Assembly: GCF_001194135.2 (NCBI RefSeq)
Contig: NC_068983.1
Location: forward strand, 59,094,505-59,142,461
Direction of reading: 5' to 3'
DNA length: 47,957 nucleotides
From: Octopus bimaculoides
Lineage: Eukaryota
Shown here in pieces: positions 11,637-23,601 of the stretch; positions within the stretch are counted from its first letter, which is position 1, and the number at the start of each line of letters is the position of its first letter. The position numbers and the translations under genes are program-made. The notes below the pieces were generated by a model that worked only from the letters and a program-made list of their open reading frames with translations, did not search any database and was not told the origin of the DNA.

Positions 11637-12277
11637 TGGTTGAGCTATGAATCTGAAAAGGATTCCCAGATTCAATATGACATATCTTGCTTTACCAGAT
11701 CTCATTATATTTGTCTAATAAAGTAGGCTAAAATAGGAATGTGTGTGTGGTGGTGGTGGTGATGAAAGCAAATATTGAAAAGCAGACATTAAAACATTGG
11801 CACCAAAGATGACTGACTGATCGAATAAATTTTAAAAAACAGCCTGATTGTTCCCTACTTCCATAAGTACAAACCAATCCACAAGATCATTCTTATAAGA
11901 CTAAACAGAATGTTCAGAACTGCTGATTAATAAATCTCTTTTTTTTTTCTTAATCAAATCAAATCTTTTGATTTAACCATGTTAACTTGTCTATATCTTG
12001 GATGAAGTAGTCTTTCCAAACATCTGCCATGCCTCTTGCCAGATATTGCAGAATATAAAATTCTTCCGTTTTTTGGTTAGTTTTATTTTTGTTTGTTGTT
12101 TGTTTTTATTTTCTCCTCTTTTCAACCTCAGCTCTTCAGTTAGTGTTCATGGCAAAAGAACTTGCATTACATGCAACCATAAAATACCCATATGTGTCCA
12201 GGTAATCATGCTTCAACCAGATTAAAAAGAAAAAAAAGAACAAAGGAGAAGCATATCAAAGACATAAATTGCCAAAC

Positions 12278-12294
12278 TATTATTATTATTATTA

Positions 12295-12330
<36 letters not shown>

Positions 12331-12385
12331 ATTACTATTATTATTATTATCATTATTACTACTACTATTACTATTATTATTGTTA
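12278..12385. repeat. (ATT)n/(ACT)n microsatellite
   Basis: Direct reading of the tract. Confidence 0.95.
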
Positions 12386-12967
12386 TTACACCATGTGACA
12401 TAATTTCATTCTGAGTGGCGAGAGGAAAAACAAAAAAAAAAATAAATCAATAAACTTCGAAGATTTTATTATCAAAGGCTGTTCAGTGAGACGTGACTTT
12501 ATATCATTACCACTTCATTATCTCGTCATAGCGAGTCATCGACAAAGTTCCACAAGCCTGTTTACACACAATATATTCGCAATTAAACATGGCTGGTACA
12601 AAATACGAGGAATGCGTGAACACATTTTGCATAGCGAGAANNNNNNNNNNNNNNNNNNNNNNNNNNNNNNNNNNNNNNNNNNNNNNNNNNNNNNNNNNNN
12701 NNNNNNNNNNNNNNNNNNNNNNNNNNNNNNNNNNNNNNNNNNNNNNNNNNNNNNNNNNNNNNNNNNNNNNNNNNNNNNNNNNNNNNNNNNNNNNNNNNNN
12801 NNNNNNNNNNNNNNNNNNNNNNNNNNNNNNNNNNNNNNNNNNNNNNNNNNNNNNNNNNNNNNNNNNNNNNNNNNNNNNNNNNNNNNNNNNNNNNNNNNNN
12901 NNNNNNNNNNNNNNNNNNNNNNNNNNNNNNNNNNNNNNNNNNNNNNNNNNNNNNNNNNNNNNNNNNN

Positions 12968-13028
<61 letters not shown>

Positions 13029-13212
13029 AAATATATATACATATATGTATATATATATATATGCAGATGCTTGTGTGTATATATATATGCATGTATGTAT
13101 GTATGTATGTATGTATGTATGTACTTACAAATCTACATATATGTACATAATATACAGACACACACATGTATATGGTGATTGAGAAACAGACAGATTTATG
13201 CATATCATATAT

Positions 13213-13244
<32 letters not shown>

Positions 13245-13306
13245 TTATACTGACTTCAGATTTATGGCTCGACAACAACAATAACAATGATAGTATATAA
13301 ACATGC

Positions 13307-13349
<43 letters not shown>

Positions 13350-13416
13350 TATTTATTAAAACAAAGAAAATTTTGTCTGTCTGTCACACACAAACACACA
13401 CACACATATATATATT

Positions 13417-13450
<34 letters not shown>

Positions 13451-14559
13451 ATGCATGAACCTATCTGTTTGTCAGTCTCTTTCCTTTGCCATATGCATAC
13501 ATATATTTATATATATATATATACGCACACATAGAGCAAAAGAGACAGATTCATGCATATCTTCTCTCTCTCTCTTTCTCTCTCTAGATATACACGTGTA
13601 TATATATATATNNNNNNNNNNNNNNNNNNNNNNNNNNNNNNNNNNNNNNNNNNNNNNNATAATATGCACACACACACATATGTGTATGTGTGTGTAAATA
13701 AATTTATATGAACAGAGATAATGAGAGCTAAAGCAAAGTCAGACAATCATGCTCATGAAAGCAATACCATCATATTTCACCGTTTATTGTATGAAGTTCG
13801 AAATGAATTCAACACATTTTTAGTGAGAGATGGCTAAAATTGTTTGTGTGAAAATATTTTGGTTAGTATCTTTTTTTTCTTTATTCTTGTGAGACGGCAC
13901 TATCAAATGTTTCAGGTATTAAAAATTAACGAAGCAAAATAATATTTCTTGACAATGTTTTACCATGAAACAGAATACCTCAGTTTATAAAAATTCACCA
14001 CACACTATTTAATTTTATTTACCATTTCTTTGTTTGGCAGTGTTTTTATAAACTAACACCTCGGAGAAGGGATTTGGGATTTATGAGAATTCAATGTTAA
14101 TGTGTTTGGGGATGAATTATCTTGATGCTATTATTATTATCATCATTGTTATTGTTGTTGTTGCTGTTGTGAAGATAGAAAAGCAAGTAAACTAAATAGG
14201 TGTGTGAGTTTCCCATCAATGAAGATGAAAATAATTGAACACCATAGAGTCTGAGTTGTGACTGGCTCTGTAGAACAGAATGGAAAGAGAAAAAGAGAGA
14301 GAGAGATGGCAAAGGAAAAACAAATTATACACATATAAAAAGATTCCGATAATAGAGGAATACATGCTAAACAATAGATCAAGCTCAGCTTAAATATTAC
14401 CCAGGAGATATCAAAATTTGATGTGGTATGGCAATGTGAAACACATTTATGTTTAAATTATATATTTGCAAAACTAGATGGAGAGTAGGACAGTGGACAA
14501 TGTCTTAATGATAAACTATTTGAATGTTTTCTTTCATCATAGTAGCTGAAGGGAATTAT

Positions 14560-14830
14560 CAACATCATTGAATGTCTGTTTTCCATGCTGGCATGGGTTG
14601 GATGGTCTGACAGGAGCTGGCAAGCCAGAGGGCTGCACCAGGCTCTAATTGTCTGCTCTGGCATTATTTCTACATTTGGATGCCCTTCCTAATCCCTACC
14701 CCTTTGCAGAGTGTACCAGGTGCCTTTTATGTGGTGCCGGCATGGGTGCTTCCTATGTGGCACCAGCACTGATTCGTTTTTAAATGGTGCCACCATGGGT
14801 TCTTGTGTGGTGCAAGGACAAGTGCATTTT
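14560..14830 (-). mobile_element. Degenerate family C repeat
   Basis: TTTCCATGCTGGCATGGGTTGGA...GGATGCCCTTCCTAAT followed by decayed subrepeats. Confidence 0.65.
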
Positions 14831-14876
14831 ACATGGCGCTGGGTTCAAATATAACTTAATGTTAGTACTGTGCAGA

Positions 14877-15537
14877 TAGGGACACAGCAGTGTGGTTAAG
14901 AAGTTTGGTTCCAATCATGTGGTTTTATGTTCAGTCTCATTGTGTAGCACTTTGGGCAAGTATCTTCTAACATGGCCCCAAGCCAACTAAAGCCTCGTGA
15001 GTGGATGTGGTAAGCAGAAACTGAAAGAATTCATTATACATACATACATATAGGTGCAGGAGTGGCTGTGTGCATAGGCGCAGGAGTGGCTGTGTGGTAA
15101 GTGGCTTCCTTACCAACCACATGGTTCCGAGTTCAGTCCCACTGCGTGGCACCTTGGGCAAGTGTCTTCTACTATAGCCTCAGGCCGACCAAAGCCTTGT
15201 GAGTGGATTNNNNNNNNNNCAAGTGTCTTCTACTATAGCCTCAGGCCGACCAAAGCCTTGTGAGTGGATTTGGTAGACAGAAACTGAAAGAAGCCCGTCG
15301 TATATATGTATATATATATATATATGTTTGTGTGTCTGTGTTTGTCCCTCTAGCATTGCTTGACAACCGATGGTGGTGTGCTTATGTCCCCTTCACTTAG
15401 TGGTTCGGCAAAAGTGACTGATAGAATAAGTACTAGACTTACAAAGAATAAGTCCCAGGGTCGATTTGCTCGACTAAAGGCGGTGCTCCAACATGGTCAC
15501 AGTCAAATGACTGAAACAAGTAAAAGAGTAAAAGAGT
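14877..15537 (+). mobile_element. Two adjacent family A SINEs: decayed head (14877-15040) and a young near-full copy (15053-15537)
   Basis: The young copy has a duplicated 5' segment, the full tail and ends AGTAAAAGAGTAAAAGAG. It contains a 10-N gap flanked by duplicated sequence. Confidence 0.88.
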
Positions 15538-16570
15538 ACATGTAAACAGACAGACAGATAGCTAGACCATGTGATTGTTGTAAATGAGCATCACTGCCAT
15601 ATAAGGTGACCTTCATTTTCAAACTTCCATCTAAACATGTCTGATCATGTAGAAATATTAGCTTACTCAGACACTAATGCTTTTTGGTGACAGGAAGGAC
15701 GTCTGTCTCGACAAATTCCAACCCAAGCAACCAATCATGGGAAAGTGGACATTAAAACAATCAGTGTGTGTGCGTGTTTTGTTTCCTTGATTTAATCTCA
15801 AGGAGCAGTTTATAAATGAACGTCACTCTTTAATAGGCAATTTTATATCTAATCCCACATAGTTGATAGCCTTGTACTACTTGTCACAGTCTGATGAAAG
15901 ATGCAGATTCTGAATCAAGAGAATTTGTTGCAGAAAGACCAGAATAATTCATAATTTATACAAACAGTTGTTGAGCATTTTGATGATAAATATTTCCCTA
16001 AGACACATATACTCCATGGAGTATATGTGTGTCTTGTTCCTCATGCCTTCTCTAAAAAGACCATGTTGTCTTTTAATTTTCAGACTAATGCATCTAGAAG
16101 AATACCTTATCTAATGTCTGCTTCCAGTGATTGAATTGGCAGCAAATTATTGGTAAATTAGCAGAGTCATTACAGCATTAGGTGAAAATCTTTGATTTTG
16201 GTTGTTTTCTTTTTACTTTGTTCATCTCTTTGCATTTTGAGTTCAGATCTACCAAGGTCATCTTTATCTTTTATCATTCCAGGGATCAATAAGTAAAATG
16301 ACTCAGCAAATCCATTGTCTTAGACCGACAAAGTGCCTGATGGGATGATTTGCAGTATTTGTTCCAGATCTGTGTGCACTGAGTTCAAATTCTGCCCTAG
16401 TCTAGCTACTTTGATATTAGTCTTAATCCACTGCTTAGTGCAACATCACTAGTTGGTCTTTTGGTTCCTTTAGTGGACTTCAGTCTGTTGGTAAGATATA
16501 AACTTGGTATTCAATTTGAGAAAACCTTCCTCTCTTTGAGGTATAGAAAAGATTTCTGACTAATGACACT

Positions 16571-16950
16571 AGGTACAGGCTTCACTGTATGGCTGAGGAA
16601 CTTGCTTCCTAAATACATAATCTGGGGTTCAGTTCCACTGTGTGGCACCTTAGATGTCTGTCTATAGTTTTGAGATGACCAAGGCCTTGTGAGTGGATTT
16701 GGTAGATGGAAACCAAAAGAAACCCCTCGTGAGTGTGTATGCGTGTGTCTGTATTTGTCCCCACCACTGCTTGACAGCTATTGGTGGTGTGTTTATGTCC
16801 CTGTAACTTAGTGGTTTCTCAAAAGAGACTGACGGAACAAGTACCAGGCTTTAATAAAAAGCAAGTAGTGGGGTTGGTTCATTTGGTTAAAATTCTTCAA
16901 GGCAGTGCCCCAGCATGGCCACAGTCTAATGACTGAAACAAGTAAAAGAT
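16571..16950 (+). mobile_element. Diverged full-length SINE family A
   Basis: Head, CORE-like region, (TG) linker and tail ending GACTGAAACAAGTAAAAGAT. Confidence 0.8.
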
Positions 16951-17153
16951 ATTGGAAAGTTTGTTCTTGTTATGTGATGATTGCAAATGAGCCATCATGA
17001 AAATTATATCTAGCCATGGGAAAACATTGTGTTGTTTGGAAACAAGTGTTGGAAGCAGGAAGAGCACCCAACCATAAAAAATTTGCCAAACAGATCCTGT
17101 TGGACCCATGCAAGCATGGGGAACAGGGTGTTGAACAATAATGATGATACTAC

Positions 17154-17426
17154 TATTTCTAAGTGACTGATTGAAGTAGTTGTATGCTGTCAACTTAATG
17201 TGACAGTCCCATGAAGGGAATAATACTACTGTTGTTTAGACCTAGAAAGCTGCACCCCTTCTTGTCGGCCTTGACACATTTCCTGTGTCCTTATGTTTAC
17301 AAGGGGGAGACAAGCACCTCCACCCAGCCAAGCCTGTATCCAGAGACATATTTCTGAGTCTTTGCTCGTCATCAGTCTGGAGTAGAACTACTGCATAAAT
17401 CTCTTCTAGAAATATATTATTTCTAA
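17154..17426 (-). mobile_element. ~264-bp hammerhead-containing short element (retrozyme/Penelope-like non-autonomous)
   Basis: Bounded by the direct repeat TATTTCTAA (17154-17162, 17418-17426), contains a hammerhead, and shares four ordered motifs with the 35681-36621 repeat. Confidence 0.6.
17339..17381 (-). ncRNA. Minimal type-I hammerhead ribozyme motif
   Basis: Minus strand reads TCCAGA-CTGATGA-cGAGcaaagaCTCa-GAAA-tat-GTC-TCTGGA: intact core, 6-bp perfect stem I, 3-bp stem II, very short near-palindromic stem III and a GUC cleavage triplet. Confidence 0.8.
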
Positions 17427-18072
17427 TGATAATAATTGGTTAGTATGATTTAAAGAAAATTTAGCTACTATTTCCAGGAGAGCAAGAGACCACAAAGAGG
17501 TTCTTTTGTCAGTTCATTAACAGCAAAATAGTTGGAGAGTAGCATCATATTCCAATGAAATGCCTCAAAAAAATTCAGCTTCGTTAATCATGTGCTTTTC
17601 AATGTTATAAAACAAACAAGAGAGAAGGCAATAAAACCATCCAGTCCATGACATTTAAACATAAATAACTAACTGTACAGATTCAAATTTGGAAATATAT
17701 GTTGTCATAATACCTTATATCGATATATCAGGGTTGTATTTGTAGTAAAATATATAGAATATGAATATATTCATAAAATATTTGATTGCTTGCCAAATTT
17801 CATGTGAGCACACAAGTAAGAACGTATTGAAGAGTTACAGAGGGGAATGGAGAACGAGAGAGAGAAAGAGGGGTAGGGTTTGTGTGCATGTTTATGTATA
17901 TATATATATATATATATATAGCTACAAACACACACCTATTTATATGGGCATTTATATGTATGTAATTCTATAAATGTGTGTATATGTATCTATGTACACA
18001 CATCCATGTATATACATGAATGAGTGGACAAAAAAAAAAGGAAGAGGCACTCCACATGTTTAGTAGAAATAT

Positions 18073-18415
18073 ATGGAGGCACATGGCTCAGTGGCTAGAG
18101 CATCAAGCTCCTAATCATGAGGTAGTGAGTTTGATTCCCAGACCAGGCTGTTTGTTGTGTTCTTGAGCAAAACACATTTTTTCATGTTGTTCCAGTTCAC
18201 TCGGCTGTAGAAATGAGTTACGTTATCAGTGGTGCCAAGCTGTATTGGCCTTTGCCTTTCCCTGGGATAACATCGGTGGTGTGGAGAGGGACAGCTGGTA
18301 TGTATGGGAAACTGTTGGTCTTCCATAAACAACCTTGCCTGGACTTGTGCCTCAAAGGGGAACTTTCTAGGTGCAATCCCATGGTCATTCATGACCAAAG
18401 GGGGCCTTTACCCTT
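18073..18415 (+). mobile_element. tRNA-derived SINE, family F (CORE/V-like central domain)
   Basis: Head GGAGGCACATGGCTCAGTGGCTAGAGC...GAGTTTGATTCCC, then GTGTTCTTGAGCAAAACAC...CCAGTTCACTCGGCTGTAGAAATGAG. Related decayed copies at ~32761-32940 (+) and ~46670-46957 (-). Confidence 0.7.
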
Positions 18416-18522
18416 TACATATATTATTATTTAAAACAGTTTGATTCAGCCCCATGTGGCTTAAAGTTTCATCGGCTTCTTACAGAAACCTGTCTCATCA
18501 GGCTCAGGCAGCTGAATCTATC

Positions 18523-18647
18523 TACCTATCTATCTATCAATCAATAGAAAGATAGATAAATAGATAGATAGATATGTAGGTAGGTAGGCTGAAAGATTAG
18601 TAGGTAGGTAGGTAGATAGATAGATAGAGAGATAGATAGATAGATAA

Positions 18648-18716
<69 letters not shown>

Positions 18717-18720
18717 TAGA

Positions 18721-18754
<34 letters not shown>

Positions 18755-18755
18755 A
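18523..18755. repeat. Compound tetranucleotide microsatellite (TCTA)/(TAGA)/(TAGG)/(CAGA)n
   Basis: Direct reading of the tract. Confidence 0.95.
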
Positions 18756-19315
18756 ATACAAAAGAATGTTATTAAACACTAATGGAACTAATAAAGACAC
18801 ACAAATATAAAGTTTGGTTGTGTTGATATGAAGCTCTTTATGGCTTCATGTTCCATCTCTCTATATGATTCCTTGGGCAAATGTCTTCTACAACAGACTC
18901 AAGCTGACCAGTGCATTGTGAGTAAAACTGGTAAACAACACTTCTTCAGCAAAGCAGTGACGTCATATTTACATTCACTGTAAACAAACTTCCTGCAGCT
19001 CTACATTTATGAAGAAATTTTTTTCTTTAAGTCACTGTCTTAAACAACAGGTAAATGTTGGCAACGGGAGAATATCTTGCCTTAGAATACTGTCACAATA
19101 AATGTTGATCAGATTAATGCCAACATGGAAGAGCAGGTGTAAAAGTGAATGAATTAATGGCTAACATTGTGAGGCACGTCACCTTGATTTAGTGTTGTCT
19201 TTATGATTAGAAATAACTCTATAAATCATGAAATATAAATTAACTACTAAGGTTTTTGAACACACACTCTTTCTCTCTCTCTCTCTCTCTCTGTATACAT
19301 ATATATATATATATC

Positions 19316-19555
19316 ACCATCATCGTTTAACGTCCGCTTTCCATGCTAGCATGGGTTGGACAATTTGACTGAGGACTGGTGAAACCGGATGGCAACACCA
19401 GCCTCCAATCTGATTTGGCAGAGTTTCTACAGCTGGATGCCCTTCCTAGCGCCAACCACTCTGAGAGTGTAGTGGGTGCTTTTACGTGTCACTCGCACGA
19501 AGGCAAGTCAGGCGGTACTGGCAACAGCCACGCTCAAAATGGCGTATTTTATGTG
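19316..19555 (-). mobile_element. Family C repeat
   Basis: Same consensus as 4017-4280. Confidence 0.85.
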
Positions 19556-19948
19556 CGTGTGTGTGTGTGTGTATGTATGTATATATANNNNNNNNNNNNN
19601 NNNNNNNNNNNNNNNNNNNNNNNNNNNNNNNNNNNNNNNNNNNNNNNNNNNNNNNNNNNNNNNNNNNNNNNNNNNNNNNNNNNNNNNNNNNNNNNNNNNN
19701 NNNNNNNNNNNNNNNNNNNNNNNNNNNNNNNNNNNNNNNNNNNNNNNNNNNNNNNNNNNNNNNNNNNNNNNNNNNNNNNNNNNNNNNNNNNNNNNNNNNN
19801 NNNNNNNNNNNNNNNNNNNNNNNNNNNNNNNNNNNNNNNNNNNNNNNNNNNNNNNNNNNNNNNNNNNNNNNNNNNNNNNNNNNNNNNNNNNNNNNNNNNN
19901 NNNNNNNNNNNNNNNNNNNNNNNNNNNNNNNNNNNNNNNNNNNNNNNN

Positions 19949-19985
<37 letters not shown>

Positions 19986-20467
19986 CATCGGATGCGGAGG
20001 AGGAAAGAAAATAGTAATTCAGTGAAGGAGAAGTAGTGTGAGCAATAGCCCTGACTGAGAGACAGTGAGAGAAAGGAAGGGGTGATAGATGAATGAGAAA
20101 GGAAGGGGTGAAAAAAATCAGCGTTTCAACTCTGTGTGAGTATATGTGTGTATGTGTATGCGTGTACAGGGGACGTATGTGAATGTTTGTATGAGTGATT
20201 ATCATGTACCTTATTTTGTACCTTATTTATATAATACTACAATTAGCCATCATTACTGACAGCACGTGGTCAGCTAGTATATAAAAAATAATTAAGATTC
20301 AATTGAATTAGGTGCTTTAGGTACTTAAGTTGATGCGTCCGACGATAGTGGATTATTTGTAATTAATGTAATGCTTGCATTGATCGATTTAATGGAGCTG
20401 CTTGAAACGGCCATAATGCACTAATACCTGGACATCTCTTTGTCTTTATATAATATATATATATATA

Positions 20468-21015
20468 TCATCATCATCATCATCATCATCATTTAACGTC
20501 CACTTTCCATGCTGGTAGGGGTTGGACGATTCGACTGAGGACTGGCAAACCAGATGGCTGCACCAGGCACCAATCTGATCTGGCAGAGTTTCTACAGCTG
20601 GATGCCCTTCCTAACGCCAACCACTCCAAGAGAGTAGTGGGTGCTTTCACGTGCCACTGGCACGAGGGCCAGTCAGGCGGTACTGGCAACGGCCACCCTC
20701 AAATGGTGTTTTTTACATGCCACCAGCACAGGAGCTAGTCCAGTGGCACTGGCAATGACCTCGCTCGAATGTCTTTACATGTGCCACTGACACAAGTGCC
20801 AAGAAGGCGACGCTGGACACAGGCGCCATCACGATTTCGCTTTTGCTTGCCCCTTCAGGTCTTCACAAGCCGAGTTTTGTGTCCTGCATAGGAGCCAGTC
20901 CAGTGGCACTGGCAACGATCTCACTCAAATATCTTTACACGTGCCAAGAAGGCAACGCTGGGCACAGGTGCCATCATGATTTTGCTTTTGCTTGCCCCAA
21001 CAGGTCTTCACAAGA
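20468..21015 (-). mobile_element. Long family C repeat with several subrepeats
   Basis: (CAT)n tail, RTE-type 3' motif and repeated AGGAGC(C/T)AGTCCAGTGGCACTGGCAA(C/T)GA blocks. Confidence 0.85.
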
Positions 21016-21163
21016 AGATGGAATGAACAGGCTTTAATCTGAATCATAATAATTGTTTCTGTGCATTATCATCAGCTGTTATTTGCGGAGTGTTTCACAT
21101 ATTAAATATAAAATATAAAATGTGGATGCAGAGTGCTAGAATATTCTTAAGTATTGAACCTAG

Positions 21164-21261
21164 AAATTCTAACTTCAGCTGCAATATTTTAAGATTTTTT
21201 TTCTTTTCATCCTGTATGAGAAGAAAACAATCTTAAAATATTGCAGCTGAAGTTAGAATTT
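21164..21261. repeat. 98-bp near-perfect hairpin (33-bp perfect outer arms)
   Basis: AAATTCTAACTTCAGCTGCAATATTTTAAGATT (21164-21196) is the exact reverse complement of 21229-21261. The inner part also pairs, leaving a ~5-nt loop. Confidence 0.95.
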
Positions 21262-21764
21262 AAAACTAAAATAGTAAGAAATACTCTTTTACATTTTTTT
21301 TATTCTTACATTAAAGTTTAAATTAAAATACACAAGAAGCTATTTATTTTCAATATTAGCGAAAAGACTAATTGCTTGCAACTTTACACATTAAAAATTT
21401 AATATTACAAATTTAATGCTTTATTTATTTAAAAAATATCACATAATAGCAATTTAAGCAAAATTGACAATGTATTATAACCCCAAAGTTTTGGAAAAAA
21501 AACCTAGAGACATTTCTACATTTTGCACTCAATTTCTTTGGTAGCTTTAATTTTTTTTTAAATATTCTTCTGACTCTAAATAGAAAACAGTTTATTATCT
21601 GATAATGCAAACATTAAAGAAATTAATTCTTTTGTTTTTTTTTACTATTTTTTACTCTTATTTTAAAATACATACATTCTACATGACTTTAATTTTAACA
21701 AAATAACTGTGATTTAAAATTTTTGGATAATGTTTTGCTAAGAAAATAAAATTAGAAAATAATC

Positions 21765-22030
21765 TTTTCTACTCCAGGCACAAGGCACAAAATTTGGGGG
21801 GAGGGGACAGTCGATTAGATCAACCGCAGTATGCAACTGGTACTTAATTTATCGACCCCCCCCCCCAAAAAAGGATGAATGGCAAAATCGACCTCAGTAG
21901 AATTTGAACTCAGAATGTAGACAAATGAAATAAGCTAAGCATTCTTTTCTACTCTAGGCGCAAGGGGCCCGAAATTTTGGGGCAGGAGGCCAGTTGATTA
22001 CATCAACCCCAGTACATAACTGATACAAAG
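21765..22030 (-). mobile_element. Two family B SINE fragments
   Basis: Reverse of GGCCTTGTGCC..TAGAAAAG, GTACTTAATTTATCGACCCC and TTTGAACTCAGAA. Confidence 0.75.
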
Positions 22031-22464
22031 AAATGTTTAAATCTAAACTATTACCATAACTTTTTAAAAATTGCAATAAAAGGCAAAAACATAAAAACAA
22101 AAAACACACAGTTTGATGAACAATTTCAGAAATATATTTAGCAAAGTCTAACATCAGTAGCAATAGTTTAGATTTTTCTTGTCCTGCACTTTTTCTGGGT
22201 TTCATGACTAATTGTCTTGTACCAGGCTTCACCAATGTTTGTCCTGTATTTTTCCAGATTCATTACTTAAGAATATTGTACCACCCTGTGCCTGCACTTT
22301 TCATTCTAGTCCACTTCTTTTCTTTTCTTTTTTTTTACCAGGCAGCACATCAATTATTTTAATTATGTTTACTGTTATATTTTTTGTTTTAGTAATATTA
22401 AAAATAAGATAGAAATGCTTTAGCTTTATGCAAAGAAATGTTTAAATCAGAAATATTAACTTAA

Positions 22465-22684
22465 CCCTTTTGTTACCAACCCGGCTGAGACCGGCTCTGG
22501 TTCTGAGTACAAATATCTTGTTCTCATAAGTTTTGAATTAAAATCTTCCATAAAAACCTTAGTCACAATTTATGTTCCTAACAGTAGCTGAATGATAACT
22601 AAGTTATTTTACTTAATTATTTGTTATATTTAAAGTAATTGACAGAAACACAGAGTATCTCAAAATAAATACAGTAACAAAGTG
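22465..22684. mobile_element. piggyBac-like MITE
   Basis: TTAA|CCCTTTTGTTAC ... GTAACAAAGTG|TTAA: TTAA duplications at 22461-22464 and 22685-22688 with imperfect short TIRs starting CCC. Confidence 0.7.
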
Positions 22685-23560
22685 TTAAGATAGTATTTTT
22701 CATTTAAAATGACAAAAATATTTTGCTATGTTAAAATTATGTTTTGGCCTAATACAAAAAATTTTAAATCAATAATATTAACTTAAAATGTTATTTTTCT
22801 CTTAAAATGACAAAAAATATTTTGATTTCTTAAAATTATCACCTTTTTATCATCACTTAAAGCCACACTATTTCTTTCCAGCCAATATTTTTGGTGGGGT
22901 TTTCACCATAATATACTTCTCATGTAGCCCTTTCATTTGAACACNNNNNNNNNNNNNNNNNNNNNNNNNNNNNNNNNNNNNNNNNNNNNNNNNNNNNNNN
23001 NNNNNNNNNNNNNNNNNNNNNNNNNNNNNNNNNNNNNNNNNNNNNNNNNNNNNNNNNNNNNNNNNNNNNNNNNNNNNNNNNNNNNNNNNNNNNNNNNNNN
23101 NNNNNNNNNNNNNNNNNNNNNNNNNNNNNNNNNNNNNNNNNNNNNNNNNNNNNNNNNNNNNNNNNNNNNNNNNNNNNNNNNNNNNNNNNNNNNNNNNNNN
23201 NNNNNNNNNNNNNNNNNNNNNNNNNNNNNNNNNNNNNNNNNNNNNNNNNNNNNNNNNNNNNNNNNNNNNNNNNNNNNNNNNNNNNNNNNNNNNNNNNNNN
23301 NNNNNNNNNNNNNNNNNNNNNNNNNNNNNNNNNNNNNNNNNNNNNNNNNNNNNNNNNNNNNNNNNNNNNNNNNNNNNNNNNNNNNNNNNNNNNNNNNNNN
23401 NNNNNNNNNNNNNNNNNNNNNNNNNNNNNNNNNNNNNNNNNNNNNNNNNNNNNNNNNNNNNNNNNNNNNNNNNNNNNNNNNNNNNNNNNNNNNNNNNNNN
23501 NNNNNNNNNNNNNNNNNNNNNNNNNNNNNNNNNNNNNNNNNNNNNNNNNNNNNNNNNNNN

Positions 23561-23601
<41 letters not shown>

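Noticed and set aside
15163-15268. Direct duplications around 10-N gaps (also 32278-32347)
   Set aside because: Identical sequence on both sides of a minimal gap is typical of unmerged contig overlap, not a real tandem repeat.
20700-21000. ~60-bp periodic subrepeats in family C resembling a CRISPR-like array
   Set aside because: The units are degenerate internal tandem duplications shared by all copies of an interspersed eukaryotic repeat. There are no unique spacers and no cas genes.
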